Assembly: GCA_016188545.1 (NCBI GenBank)
Contig: JACPHO010000001.1
Span: 270,546-334,545 of the forward strand
Source of the DNA: Candidatus Shapirobacteria bacterium
GTDB taxonomy: Bacteria > Patescibacteriota > Microgenomatia > UBA12405
Length of the DNA stretch: 64,000 bases
Direction: 5' to 3'
In this document: one piece after another, positions 48,229-57,358 of the stretch
Layout of the letters: each line of letters opens with the position of its first letter
Numbering within the stretch: the first letter of the stretch is position 1
The notes under the pieces: model-generated
Database searches by the model: none
Told to the model about the DNA's origin: nothing
Seen by the model: only the letters and a program-made list of their open reading frames with translations
Position numbers and translations under genes: made by a program

Positions 48229-49508
48229 TGAACCAAATTCTACACTCTCTTTCCTTATACATAGAAGGGTTAAAAACACCTCTACTTCGTAAAAAAATCG
48301 GCTTTACTATTGGAATTCTCATTCTTTTTCGGCTCATTGCCCACATTCCGGTTCCTGGTGTCGATCTAGCTCTTCTTCGTCAATTCTTTGCCCAAAACCA
48401 AGTCTTATCACTTCTAAATATTTTTTCAGGAGGTACCTTAGCCAACTTTTCCATTGCCGCTTTAGGTCTAAATCCTTACATTAATGCTTCTGTCATGATG
48501 CAGTTATTGGCTATTGTCGTCCCTCAGCTAGATGAGCTCAGTAAAGAAGGGGAGTATGGCCGAGCCAAAATCAACCAATATACCCGCATTATTACCATCC
48601 CCTTAGCTATTTTCCTGGCACTAGGAATGTATGGTATTCTCCGCTCCCAAAACATTATTGGTACTCTTAGTCCTCTGACTTTAGTGGCTTTAGTTGCTAG
48701 CATGTTGGCTGGTACCATGATCATGATTTTCTTGGGGCAACTCATCAATCAGTTTGGGGTTGGCAATGGTATCTCTATGATAATCTTTGCTGGAATTATC
48801 GCCCAGCTCCCGGTTACCGCTCTTCAGACTTTATCTGTCAGTGATTTTAGCAATCCTCAAACCATGATCAATCTTCTCGTCTTTGCCGCCATGGCTATTG
48901 GTCTAATTTTGGCCATCGTCTTTGTCGAAGAAGCTGTGCTTCGGATTCCCATTCACTATGCCAAACGTGCCCAAGTCACTTATCTACCCATCAAAGTTGA
49001 TACTGCCGGAGTTATGCCTATCATCTTCGCCGTCTCCTTGGCGACGATACCCTCACTGATTGGCCAATCCTTAGGCAAGCTAAGCAATCCGGCAATAGCT
49101 GATCCTGCCTTAGCCCTCGCCCGTCTTTTTAGAACAGATGGTTATCTTTACATCCTCTTTTACTTTATCTTAGTTATCGGATTCACTTTTTTCTACACCA
49201 GTGTCGTCTTCAAACCTAAGGACATCGCCGAAGAACTTCGTAAATCAGGTGGCTTTATCCCCGGAATCCGACCAGGACAATCAACTGAGAAGCGTCTTCA
49301 GTACTTAATTAATCGGGTGATCGCCATTGGTGCTGTGTTCTTAGGTTTCATCGCCGTTTCCCCCTCAATAGTTCAAAATCTAACCGGAATCACTACCCTT
49401 ACAATCGGTGGTACTTCTATACTTATCGTTGTTTCTGTTGTTATAGAGTTGACCCGTAAAATCGAAAACGTAGTTCAAACCTACAATTACGATAAATTAA
49501 CCTATTGA
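48228..49508 (+). CDS. secY: Preprotein translocase subunit SecY
   Basis: 10-TM profile, GGTLANFSIAALGLNPYINASVMMQLL motif. Confidence 0.95.
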   Translation: MNQILHSLSLYIEGLKTPLLRKKIGFTIGILILFRLIAHIPVPGVDLALLRQFFAQNQVLSLLNIFSGGTLANFSIAALGLNPYINASVMMQLLAIVVPQLDELSKEGEYGRAKINQYTRIITIPLAIFLALGMYGILRSQNIIGTLSPLTLVALVASMLAGTMIMIFLGQLINQFGVGNGISMIIFAGIIAQLPVTALQTLSVSDFSNPQTMINLLVFAAMAIGLILAIVFVEEAVLRIPIHYAKRAQVTYLPIKVDTAGVMPIIFAVSLATIPSLIGQSLGKLSNPAIADPALALARLFRTDGYLYILFYFILVIGFTFFYTSVVFKPKDIAEELRKSGGFIPGIRPGQSTEKRLQYLINRVIAIGAVFLGFIAVSPSIVQNLTGITTLTIGGTSILIVVSVVIELTRKIENVVQTYNYDKLTY

Positions 49509-50104
49509 TGTCACTAAATATTTTTATAATTGGTCCGTCAGGTTGTGGTAAAACCACCCAAGCCGAGCTAGTAGCAAAAAAGTATAATCTAGTCCATCTG
49601 TCTATGGGTCAGCTTCTTCGAGACGAGATTAGCAATGGTACCAATTTTGGTCTCGAAGCCAAACCATACATCGACCAAGGAATTTGGGTTCCCGACGATC
49701 TTGTCTTCGATGTTCTCATTATTAAGCTCAAAGCTTTAAATTATCAGAATTTTATTATCGACGGCTTTCCCCGGGTCCTAAATCAAGGCAGGATAATTGA
49801 ATATTATCTTCGAAAACAATCCCAGCCTGTTTCTATGCTCATCCACCTCGACGTAACCTTCCAAGAAATTATGGACCGTCGTGCCAAAATGGGTGCTGAA
49901 TTCCAAGACAAATCTCGTACTGACAACACCCCCGAAGATGTCGCTCGACGCCAAAAGTCCTATGAAGAGACGATCGATCCCATCAAAAACTACTTTAGTT
50001 CCAAGAAAATCCTTATTGAAATCGATGGTAATCGACCAGTTGATCCAATTTTTAATGATATAGTTAGTGCCATCGACAAAGTTAACCATCAAATTATCAA
50101 TTAA
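49505..50104 (+). CDS. adk: Adenylate kinase
   Basis: IIGPSGCGKTTQ P-loop, LSMGQLLRDE. No Zn-lid cysteines. Confidence 0.9.
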   Translation: MMSLNIFIIGPSGCGKTTQAELVAKKYNLVHLSMGQLLRDEISNGTNFGLEAKPYIDQGIWVPDDLVFDVLIIKLKALNYQNFIIDGFPRVLNQGRIIEYYLRKQSQPVSMLIHLDVTFQEIMDRRAKMGAEFQDKSRTDNTPEDVARRQKSYEETIDPIKNYFSSKKILIEIDGNRPVDPIFNDIVSAIDKVNHQIIN

Positions 50105-50110
50105 ACATAA

Positions 50111-50314
50111 ATGAAAGAACCAACTGTCCGGGCAATTGTTACTGAGGTCTTGCCAAACCAGCTGTTTCGAGCTAAACTCGAAAACGGTAAAGAAATAATT
50201 TGCCATTTAGCCGGTAAATTAAGAATGAACCACATCCGGTGTTTAGCTGGTGACAATGTTTCACTTGTCCTTTCACCCGAGGGAGAGAAGGGGAGAATCG
50301 TTTACCGTGGTTAA
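50111..50314 (+). CDS. infA: Translation initiation factor IF-1
   Basis: S1-like OB fold, 67 aa, …GKLRMNHIRCLAGDNV…. Confidence 0.9.
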   Translation: MKEPTVRAIVTEVLPNQLFRAKLENGKEIICHLAGKLRMNHIRCLAGDNVSLVLSPEGEKGRIVYRG

Positions 50315-50380
50315 CAAATTTACTCTTTGATATTAGAAGCTAATTAGGTTACAATATCCAAGTCTTAAATACCAAACAAT

Positions 50381-50494
50381 ATGAAAGTTCAGTCAAGTAT
50401 TCGCCGTCGCTGTAAAAATTGCAAGGTGGTCATCAGGTCTGGTGTCAGACGGATTATTTGTTCTACCAAGAAACACACCCAAAAACAGGGATAA
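50381..50494 (+). CDS. rpmJ: 50S ribosomal protein L36 (not in ORF track)
   Basis: Manual translation MKVQSSIRRRCKNCKVVIRSGVRRIICSTKKHTQKQG. C…C…C…H zinc-ribbon pattern. Confidence 0.88.
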   Translation: MKVQSSIRRRCKNCKVVIRSGVRRIICSTKKHTQKQG

Positions 50495-50502
50495 ACTAAA
50501 CT

Positions 50503-50922
50503 ATGAGAATATCAGGTATTGAAATCCCCGATCACGAGAGAGCCCAAGTCGGTCTTACTCGTTTTTACGGTATCGGTCCGGTAAATGTCATTCAATTAGC
50601 CAAAAAAGCTAAAATTGATCTCAATACCAGAATCAAGGACTTGTCCCGTGACGATGTCGGTAACCTTATGAAAGCCCTGGAAAGTTTTACAGTTGAGGGA
50701 GATCTTAAGAAAGAAGTTCGTGAAAGCATCGATCGACTTAGTGCTATCAAATGCTACCGAGGTATCCGACACATTGTTTCACTTCCTGCTCGAGGTCAAA
50801 GAACAAAATCTAATGCTCGCACTCGTAAGGGTAAGAAGAAGACAGTCGGTTCACTTACTAAAGAAGCCTGGGCAAAAATCGAGACCCAGCAAAAAGCAGC
50901 TACTGTTGGTAGTAACAAATAA
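50503..50922 (+). CDS. rpsM: 30S ribosomal protein S13
   Basis: MRISGIEIPDHERAQVGLTRFYGIG…. Confidence 0.92.
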   Translation: MRISGIEIPDHERAQVGLTRFYGIGPVNVIQLAKKAKIDLNTRIKDLSRDDVGNLMKALESFTVEGDLKKEVRESIDRLSAIKCYRGIRHIVSLPARGQRTKSNARTRKGKKKTVGSLTKEAWAKIETQQKAATVGSNK

Positions 50923-50927
50923 TCACT

Positions 50928-51344
50928 ATGGCAGAAACAATTCAAAAGACCAGCGCGTCTCCAGCTACTCCCAGCAAAAAGAAAACCTATCGTAATATTG
51001 CCAATGGACGACTAAATATCAAATCTTCTTTTAATAATACTATTGTTACAGTATCCGACTCCAAAGGTAACACTTTAGCCTGGTCCTCCGCCGGACATTG
51101 TGGTTTCAAAGGTGCCCGTAAATCTACTCCTTATGCAGCTACCACTGCCATCGAGCGTACTCTCGAAGAGGCCAAAAAGTATGGTATCAAAAAGTTAGAA
51201 GTTTACCTCAATGGACCAGGAGTCGGCCGCGATGCCGCACTTCGTTTCCTTAGAAGCAAACGTGATTTTGATATCGATCTTATTTCCGATGTTACTCCAA
51301 TCGCCCACAATGGACCACGTCCACCCAAGGCACGTCGCGCTTAA
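50928..51344 (+). CDS. rpsK: 30S ribosomal protein S11
   Basis: …NTIVTVSDSKGNTLAWSSAG…. Confidence 0.92.
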   Translation: MAETIQKTSASPATPSKKKTYRNIANGRLNIKSSFNNTIVTVSDSKGNTLAWSSAGHCGFKGARKSTPYAATTAIERTLEEAKKYGIKKLEVYLNGPGVGRDAALRFLRSKRDFDIDLISDVTPIAHNGPRPPKARRA

Positions 51345-51384
51345 TCAATAACTTTACAAACTTTTTAACTTTATAAACTAATCT
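51345..51384 (+). repeat. Intergenic motif AACTTTACAAACTTTTTAACTTTATAAACTAATCT upstream of rpsD
   Basis: Matches the consensus. Confidence 0.5.
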
Positions 51385-52014
51385 ATGTCACGAATCACAT
51401 TAGACACAAAATGCCGTCTCTGTAGAGCAGCTGGTACCAAACTTTATCTTAAAGGTAGTCGTTGTTTATCAGCTAAATGTCCTATTGAAAAAGGTGCCAC
51501 TCCTCCAGGTATGCATGGAGCCAAAAGAGCTAAAAAACCAACAGATTACGGAATTCAGCTTCGTGCTAAGCAAAAAGCCAAGAGAATATTCGGTGTCCAA
51601 GAAGCTCAATTCAAAAACTATTTCCTTACTGCCAAGACCAAAAAAGGTTTGGTTGGAGATGTCTTTCTTGATATGTTAGCTCGTCGTCTTGACAATGTCG
51701 TCTACGAAGCTGGACTTTCACTTTCACGTTCCCATGCCAAACAATTGATTTCTCATGGTCATGTTTTTGTTAATGATAAACCTCTAAATATTCCTTCATA
51801 TCCGGTCAAGAGAACTGACACTGTCTCCCTTGATACTAAGGCAGCCGCCAAAACAATTGAAACCATCCGTCTTGCTGACAAGGACTTCAAAGCCCCGTCA
51901 TGGCTTGACCTAAATAAATCAAAATATGCAGTCACCTTGTCATCAGGAACTCCTGAATACGGTTATCCAAAGGAGATTGACCTAAATTTAATAATTGAAT
52001 ATTATTCTAGATAA
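51385..52014 (+). CDS. rpsD: 30S ribosomal protein S4 (zinc-finger form)
   Basis: CRLCRAAG…CLSAKC and S4 domain. Confidence 0.92.
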   Translation: MSRITLDTKCRLCRAAGTKLYLKGSRCLSAKCPIEKGATPPGMHGAKRAKKPTDYGIQLRAKQKAKRIFGVQEAQFKNYFLTAKTKKGLVGDVFLDMLARRLDNVVYEAGLSLSRSHAKQLISHGHVFVNDKPLNIPSYPVKRTDTVSLDTKAAAKTIETIRLADKDFKAPSWLDLNKSKYAVTLSSGTPEYGYPKEIDLNLIIEYYSR

Positions 52015-52028
52015 AAAGGAGAAACATT

Positions 52029-52946
52029 ATGGTAGATACCAGCAAATTTCATATTAAAACCCTCAAAGCCAACGAAACTTATGGTAAGTTCGAGATGGCA
52101 CCCTTAATTGGTGGATTCGGACACACCATTGGTAACTGTCTTCGTCGCATTCTCCTGATTACTATCCCAGGTGCTGCTATTACCAAGATTAAAATCGATG
52201 GTGCCAATCACTTGTTCACCACACTTCCCGGAGTAAAAGAAGACTTGGTCGATGTTTCCCTGAATCTTAAAAAAGTAAAATTTGCTTATCACCAAGATGA
52301 GCCGATTACTATTGAGATCAACAAAAAAGGCGTCGGACCTGTTACTGCCGGTGATATTATCGGTAACGATCTGATTTCCGTTTCCAACCCTGACCAGCAT
52401 ATCTGTACAATTACTGACAGCAAAACTACATTCAAGGTCGAAATCATTGTCGAAAGGGGAGTTGGTTATACCTTAGCTAAAGAGCAAAAGACCGACATTA
52501 TCGGTCAAATCATTCTTGATGCTACTTTTACTCCTGTTCTTCGTGCCAACTATCAAGTTGAGCCTACTCGTCTTGGTAAAAAATCCAACTATGACATGTT
52601 GACTCTCGAAGTTTGGACCGATGGTTCTATTGAACCGCTTACTGCTATTAAAATGGCAGCCAAGGACATGATCAAAACCCTTTCTCAAATTGTCGATCCC
52701 AAGGAGTTTGATGATGAAGTTGTTACCTTAGCTAGTAATCCTTCAATTTCCGGTCTTGATATTTCTATTGAAGAAATTGAGCTACCACTCCGGGTTACCA
52801 ATGCTCTCAAGAAATCCGGCTATTCTACAATTGATCACCTAATTAAAGCTGGTCGCGCTGATGTCAGCAAAGCCAAAAACGTTGGTGAAAAGTCTTTAAA
52901 AATTATTGATGCCTGGCTCAAAGAGAAAAACTTCTCCTGGAAATAA
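52029..52946 (+). CDS. rpoA: DNA-directed RNA polymerase subunit alpha
   Basis: NTD (…GHTIGNCLRRILL…) and CTD (…LPLRVTNALKKSGYSTI…). SD AAAGGAG upstream. Confidence 0.92.
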   Translation: MVDTSKFHIKTLKANETYGKFEMAPLIGGFGHTIGNCLRRILLITIPGAAITKIKIDGANHLFTTLPGVKEDLVDVSLNLKKVKFAYHQDEPITIEINKKGVGPVTAGDIIGNDLISVSNPDQHICTITDSKTTFKVEIIVERGVGYTLAKEQKTDIIGQIILDATFTPVLRANYQVEPTRLGKKSNYDMLTLEVWTDGSIEPLTAIKMAAKDMIKTLSQIVDPKEFDDEVVTLASNPSISGLDISIEEIELPLRVTNALKKSGYSTIDHLIKAGRADVSKAKNVGEKSLKIIDAWLKEKNFSWK

Positions 52947-53000
52947 TTACATCCAACTTTATAAACCTTACAAACTTTCAAACTTCATAAACTATTTCTC
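52947..53000 (+). repeat. Intergenic ACTTT-family motif upstream of rplQ
   Basis: atccaactttataaaccttacaaactttcaaacttcataaactatttctcATG. Confidence 0.5.
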
Positions 53001-53498
53001 ATGAATCATCGTAAATTTGGTATAAAACTAGGTCGAAACCGACGCGAAAGAGAAGCTCTTTTCAAATCTCTAGTCCGTTCTGTTTTTACTCATGGCTCAA
53101 TTCAAACTACCGAAGCTAAGGCCCGATCAGTTGTTTCAATTATCGAAAAACTAGCAAATCATATTGCTACTAAAGATAAACTAATCACTCTTCGTGAGCT
53201 TTCTACCTACATTCAGGACAAAAATTTAGTTAGCCAAATTTATAATTCCTTCAAAACCGCTTTCCCAACCGAAACTTCAAACTTTACCTCTTTTACTAGA
53301 GTTAAGATTAGACAAGGTGACGACGCTCTTATCGTCAAGTTTGGTTTTGTCAAACCATACAAACTTGAAGAGAAGAAAGTTTCCGAAAAAGCTTCCAAGC
53401 CAAAAGTCAAAGCAAAAGCCGAAGCAATCAAAGAAGTAAAAGAAACTAAAGTTAATTCTGCAACTAAGGCCAAAAAAGCCGCAGGAGTAAAAAAATAA
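53001..53498 (+). CDS. rplQ: 50S ribosomal protein L17 (K/A-rich C-terminal extension)
   Basis: …RREREALFKSLVRSVFTHGSIQTTEAKAR…. Confidence 0.9.
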   Translation: MNHRKFGIKLGRNRREREALFKSLVRSVFTHGSIQTTEAKARSVVSIIEKLANHIATKDKLITLRELSTYIQDKNLVSQIYNSFKTAFPTETSNFTSFTRVKIRQGDDALIVKFGFVKPYKLEEKKVSEKASKPKVKAKAEAIKEVKETKVNSATKAKKAAGVKK

Positions 53499-53499
53499 T

Positions 53500-53919
53500 A
53501 TGAAACCGAAAACAACAGTTACCAAAGGTAACATCATCAAAAGGGATTGGCACCTCATCGATCTAAATGATCAGATTCTTGGTCGTGTTTGTGTCAAGCT
53601 AGCTATCCTTCTTCAAGGTAAAAACAAAACTGACTATTCCCCAAATCGTGATGCTGGTGATTATGTTGTCGCCATTAACGCCAAAAAAATCCGTGTCACA
53701 GGTAAAAAGCTTAAGGAAAAGATTTACTATCATCACACTGGTTACGCTGGACACCTAAAAGAATTAACTCTAGAACAACTTCTCAAGTCAGATCCAGCCA
53801 AAGCAATCTATCATGGAGTTATGGGAATGCTTCCCAAAAACAAACTCAGAGCTCGACGCATGACTCGACTTAAAATATTTGTTGATAGTGAACACACCTA
53901 CAATGACAAAATCAAATAG
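53500..53919 (+). CDS. rplM: 50S ribosomal protein L13
   Basis: …DWHLIDLNDQILGRVCVKLAILLQGK…. Confidence 0.92.
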   Translation: MKPKTTVTKGNIIKRDWHLIDLNDQILGRVCVKLAILLQGKNKTDYSPNRDAGDYVVAINAKKIRVTGKKLKEKIYYHHTGYAGHLKELTLEQLLKSDPAKAIYHGVMGMLPKNKLRARRMTRLKIFVDSEHTYNDKIK

Positions 53920-54316
53920 TAAGACCACTTATACTTATGCTCTCGGTCGTCGTAAGTCTGCCGTCGCTACCATCAAACTTTTCGCTGGTAAAACTAGTGA
54001 AAGTCAGGTCAACGGTCAAAAATCTAGCCTCTACTTCTCAGGTGCCCATAACCAAATCCTCATTAGCAAACCATTCTTGGTTACTTCCATGGAAGATAAG
54101 TACTACTACGTAGCCAAAATCGTTGGCGGTGGTAAAAACGGTCAGCTTGATGCTCTGGTTTTAGCCATCTCTCGTGCCCTTAAGAAAATAGACGTAACCC
54201 ATAGCAGCGCTCTTCGTGCCGCCGGATTACTTACTGTTGACTCTCGTGTTCGTGAGCGTCGTATGGTTGGTACTGGTGGTAAGGCTCGACGCCAGAAGCA
54301 ATCTCCAAAGCGTTAG
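53903..54316 (+). CDS. rpsI: 30S ribosomal protein S9
   Basis: …YALGRRKSAVATIKLFAGK…RRQKQSPKR. ATG at 53903 preferred over TTG at 53879. Confidence 0.9.
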   Translation: MTKSNSKTTYTYALGRRKSAVATIKLFAGKTSESQVNGQKSSLYFSGAHNQILISKPFLVTSMEDKYYYVAKIVGGGKNGQLDALVLAISRALKKIDVTHSSALRAAGLLTVDSRVRERRMVGTGGKARRQKQSPKR

Positions 54317-54337
54317 TTTCAACTGTTTTATATTAAA

Positions 54338-54364
54338 GGGCAGACACATGTCTGCCCTTTTTGT
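54338..54364 (+). terminator. Rho-independent terminator after rpsI
   Basis: GGGCAGACA-CATG-TCTGCCC followed by TTTTTG. Confidence 0.65.
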
Positions 54365-54386
54365 TTAGATTTGATTAAAATACAAT

Positions 54387-55115
54387 ATGAACTTCTTTCA
54401 AGCTATTATTCTATCCATCGTCCAAGGTGTTACGGAATTCTTACCAATTTCTTCGACAGGTCACATAAATCTACTGCAAAAACTATTTGGACTCACCCCT
54501 TCTTTGAGTTTTGATATTTTCCTCAATACGGCTAGTCTGGTCGCTGTAATTTTCTTTTTTAGGAAAAAAGTTCCGTATTTTATTACCAATCTCAGGTATA
54601 TCGTCGTTGGCACTGTTCCTGCAATCATTGCCGGAGTCTTGTTCAAGGATCAGATAGAAGCCCTTTTTTCTTCCACCAGAACCTTGCCCTATGAATTTAT
54701 TTTTACCGCAATCACTTTATTCTTAACCAAATTATTTGTCAGCAAAGATGCCAAGCTAACCTACAAAAGTGCCCTAATCATTGGAATATTTCAAACATTG
54801 GCTATTATTCCCGCCATATCTCGCTCCGGCTCCACCATTTTTGCCGGTTTGATGTTGGGACTCAGTCCTCTTGAAGCCTTTAGTTTTTCATTCGGTTTGT
54901 TTATCCCCGCTTCTTTTGGCGCTCTTGCTCTTGATCTTAAAGATATTAGTTCTCTAGATTTATTTTCCCTGACAAGCATTTCCGCATTTATCGTCACTGC
55001 CTTAGTAAGTTACATCTCCCTTTTGTATCTGCAAAAAGTATTGACCAATCATTATCTATGGAAATTCGGTTTTTACTGTCTAGCTTTAGGTTTAGGTCTA
55101 TTTTTCCTTATCTAG
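54387..55115 (+). CDS. uppP: Undecaprenyl-diphosphatase (BacA/UppP)
   Basis: …GVTEFLPISSTGH… and …SRSGSTI… UppP motifs. 8-TM profile. Confidence 0.88.
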   Translation: MNFFQAIILSIVQGVTEFLPISSTGHINLLQKLFGLTPSLSFDIFLNTASLVAVIFFFRKKVPYFITNLRYIVVGTVPAIIAGVLFKDQIEALFSSTRTLPYEFIFTAITLFLTKLFVSKDAKLTYKSALIIGIFQTLAIIPAISRSGSTIFAGLMLGLSPLEAFSFSFGLFIPASFGALALDLKDISSLDLFSLTSISAFIVTALVSYISLLYLQKVLTNHYLWKFGFYCLALGLGLFFLI

Positions 55116-55284
55116 CATTCACCCATCTTACCAAAGATTCTATCTTCAGCACACTTTCTCAAGTTCTCTCTTACTTTCTGCATCGATTTACGACGTATCT
55201 TCTGTTTTTCTTTGTAACTTTCCCTTTCTCCAATCAGCACCAGTTCATTGTCAAATGAAAAATCTATATCCATAGACAGCATTA

Positions 55285-55311
55285 TATAACAAATAGATCG
55301 TTTGTTATAAT
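55285..55311 (+). promoter_or_regulatory. Inverted repeat TATAACAAA-7 nt-TTTGTTATA overlapping extended -10 TGTTATAAT, 10 nt upstream of ppa ATG
   Basis: Read directly. The -10 lies at 55303-55311. Confidence 0.4.
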
Positions 55312-55320
55312 ATTTAACTT

Positions 55321-55857
55321 ATGTTCAAACATATCACTATCGGCTCCAATAGCCCCAAAGTCGTCAACACCATTGTTGAGATCACCAGCGAAACTCGTAA
55401 CAAGTACGAATACGACGAAGAGTTGGGGATAATTAAGTTAGATCGTGTCCTCCATTCCCCAGTCCATTACCCCTTCGATTATGGTTTTATCCCCGAGACT
55501 CTGTGCGAAGATGGCGATCATCTTGATGTCATGGTCATTACCAATTCACCCACCTTTCCTGGATGCTTTGTTGAGGTCCGACCAATCGGCGCCCTATTAA
55601 TGGAAGACGAGCATGGCGGTGATGAAAAAATCATTGCCGTCCCTCTTCACAACCCACACTTCAAACATGTCAAAAAACTCAAGGACTTGGCACCTCACTT
55701 GCTCGACGAAATCGAACATTTTTGGTGCAGCTACAAGTTTTTAGAAAAGAAAAACAAACCGGTCAAGCTCAGTGGTTGGGTCAACCGACTCCAGGCTTAT
55801 CAACTTATCAAAAAATCTCAAAAAACTTACCAAGTTAACCCAGCAAGTCGTCTTTAA
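55321..55857 (+). CDS. ppa: Inorganic pyrophosphatase (family I)
   Basis: …EYDEELG…LDRVLHSPVHYPFDYGFIPETL.EDGD.LDV.V… PPase signature. Confidence 0.88.
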   Translation: MFKHITIGSNSPKVVNTIVEITSETRNKYEYDEELGIIKLDRVLHSPVHYPFDYGFIPETLCEDGDHLDVMVITNSPTFPGCFVEVRPIGALLMEDEHGGDEKIIAVPLHNPHFKHVKKLKDLAPHLLDEIEHFWCSYKFLEKKNKPVKLSGWVNRLQAYQLIKKSQKTYQVNPASRL

Positions 55858-55859
55858 TC

Positions 55860-56120
55860 TTATTGGCACTGTCTGTCATTTTGATGCCAACAAGAGCTCT
55901 TACCACGATCTTCATATTGCCAGTCTTTTGGAGTTCCTGGTTTTTTTTGACCAATACTGCCAAAATACCACCCTCTAAACATCTCCTGATCTGAAATTGT
56001 TGGAATTACTACAGGCATTGGTGGGAACACCACCTGACTTTTAGTCCGAACGCATCCCCCTAAAACATAGGCTACTCCCACAACCCAAACCATTGATCTT
56101 ATATGTTTCACGATCGACAT
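55860..56120 (-). CDS. Putative small lipoprotein
   Basis: Internal start MSIVKHIRSMVWVVGVAYVLGGC has a signal peptide and an LGGC lipobox. The longer 55860-56207 ORF-track call is less likely. Confidence 0.3.
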   Translation of the reverse strand: MSIVKHIRSMVWVVGVAYVLGGCVRTKSQVVFPPMPVVIPTISDQEMFRGWYFGSIGQKKPGTPKDWQYEDRGKSSCWHQNDRQCQ

Positions 56121-56207
56121 TGTACTGAATTTATATCCGCGTTTGAAGGACCAACTCAATTTAAATATTATACATTGCCACCACTCACACACCAATTGAT
56201 AAGCCAA

Positions 56208-57191
56208 TTATAAAAAATAATTACTTTTCATTTCCCTATTTGTTTCTAAAATAAATCTTCCAAATCTAGATATCTCCTTATCAGGGAATTTTGAAATATA
56301 TTCAATTATTTGTTTTGAATTTGTCGGTATATTATTCAAAAATACCAGATACAATCCACCATCAATTATTGATACGCCGCCAAAAATAAGTCTTCTACTT
56401 ATCAGGCAGGATACAATCTTATTATATCTTTTGTCAGCAGGTATACATATCTTTAATTTTCTTCCTGACTTTTTACCCATAGTATCCATGAACTTATTTA
56501 CCGCATCAGCCTTTGTGTTTTTAACAATATATAAGTCCAGTAGTATCGGCAAACTAATTAAAATATTTTCTGTATCGACGAACACAAAATCCACATATTC
56601 AATTTTCCCCATGTAAGTTCCAATACTTGGCCACAATTTCAAGTCACCGAAAAGCATTTTCGGCAGTGTCGAGATTTGAATTGTCGAATTTAGGTTAAAA
56701 CCACCTTTCTCAGGAACGAGGACTTCTTTTGCAATATTCATTTCTGCCTTTTTTTGTGAAACCGGAACTATACCCAAGCCAACATTTAGAGGCAGACATT
56801 TAGCTCCTTTAATATTTTCCATCGTCTTGACAATTGAATACAAAACAGACGATCCTATAGTTGCGTATGTAGTTAATGAAAATCCGTCATAGTTTTTCTG
56901 AACGCTCTCGCGCATCCAGTCAAATAACAGCTTAGAAAGACCAATGCCCCTGTACTTTGGAAGAACAACTAGTGACCCAAGTTCCAACTCTTTGCCAGGA
57001 TTTATCATATAGGCAACGCAACCAATTGGAATACATCTATCGACAATTGTCACAGCTTTTACGAGGCCTCTATTTGTATCATGCAATTGACCTATGAATG
57101 ACTTTCCCCCCCAAACTTCCGCCAAAACAATGTTAACTTCTTTGTCGGTTGGTTTTGAATTGAGCCAAATATTATTTAAGTCAGGTGACAT
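56208..57191 (-). CDS. GNAT-family N-acetyltransferase, probably a tandem double-GNAT fold
   Basis: Motif A VVLPKYRGIGLSKLLF in the N-half. 327 aa. Confidence 0.55.
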   Translation of the reverse strand: MSPDLNNIWLNSKPTDKEVNIVLAEVWGGKSFIGQLHDTNRGLVKAVTIVDRCIPIGCVAYMINPGKELELGSLVVLPKYRGIGLSKLLFDWMRESVQKNYDGFSLTTYATIGSSVLYSIVKTMENIKGAKCLPLNVGLGIVPVSQKKAEMNIAKEVLVPEKGGFNLNSTIQISTLPKMLFGDLKLWPSIGTYMGKIEYVDFVFVDTENILISLPILLDLYIVKNTKADAVNKFMDTMGKKSGRKLKICIPADKRYNKIVSCLISRRLIFGGVSIIDGGLYLVFLNNIPTNSKQIIEYISKFPDKEISRFGRFILETNREMKSNYFL

Positions 57192-57216
57192 TGTAAATTA
57201 AAAATCATGACATTCA

Positions 57217-57358
57217 CGAATTGTCGGGCTTGCCTCGACGTAGCTTGAAGAGCGAAGTCGGGTTGTACCTCGACGTAGTTTTAACGAAGTCGGGTTGTAC
57301 CTCGACGTAGTTTTAACGAAGTCGGGTTGTACCTCGACGTAGTTTTAACGAAGTCGGG
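57217..57358 (+). repeat. Tandem direct repeat array with a 32-bp unit TTGTACCTCGACGTAGTTTTAACGAAGTCGGG. There are three exact copies, one degenerate 35-bp copy and a 12-bp partial copy. The array abuts the 3' end of tRNA-Pro and overlaps it by 5 nt.
   Basis: Copies at 57264-57295, 57296-57327, 57328-57359. Degenerate copy at 57229-57263. Partial copy at 57217-57228. No spacers. Confidence 0.8.

Noticed and set aside
55116-55320. 205-nt non-coding gap between uppP and ppa as a possible sRNA
   Set aside because: There is no hairpin-terminator or conserved structure I can read. It is most simply the ppa promoter region with an operator-like inverted repeat.
57217-57358. Tandem 32-bp repeats considered as a CRISPR array
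   Set aside because: Repeats are contiguous with no spacers. No cas genes nearby.
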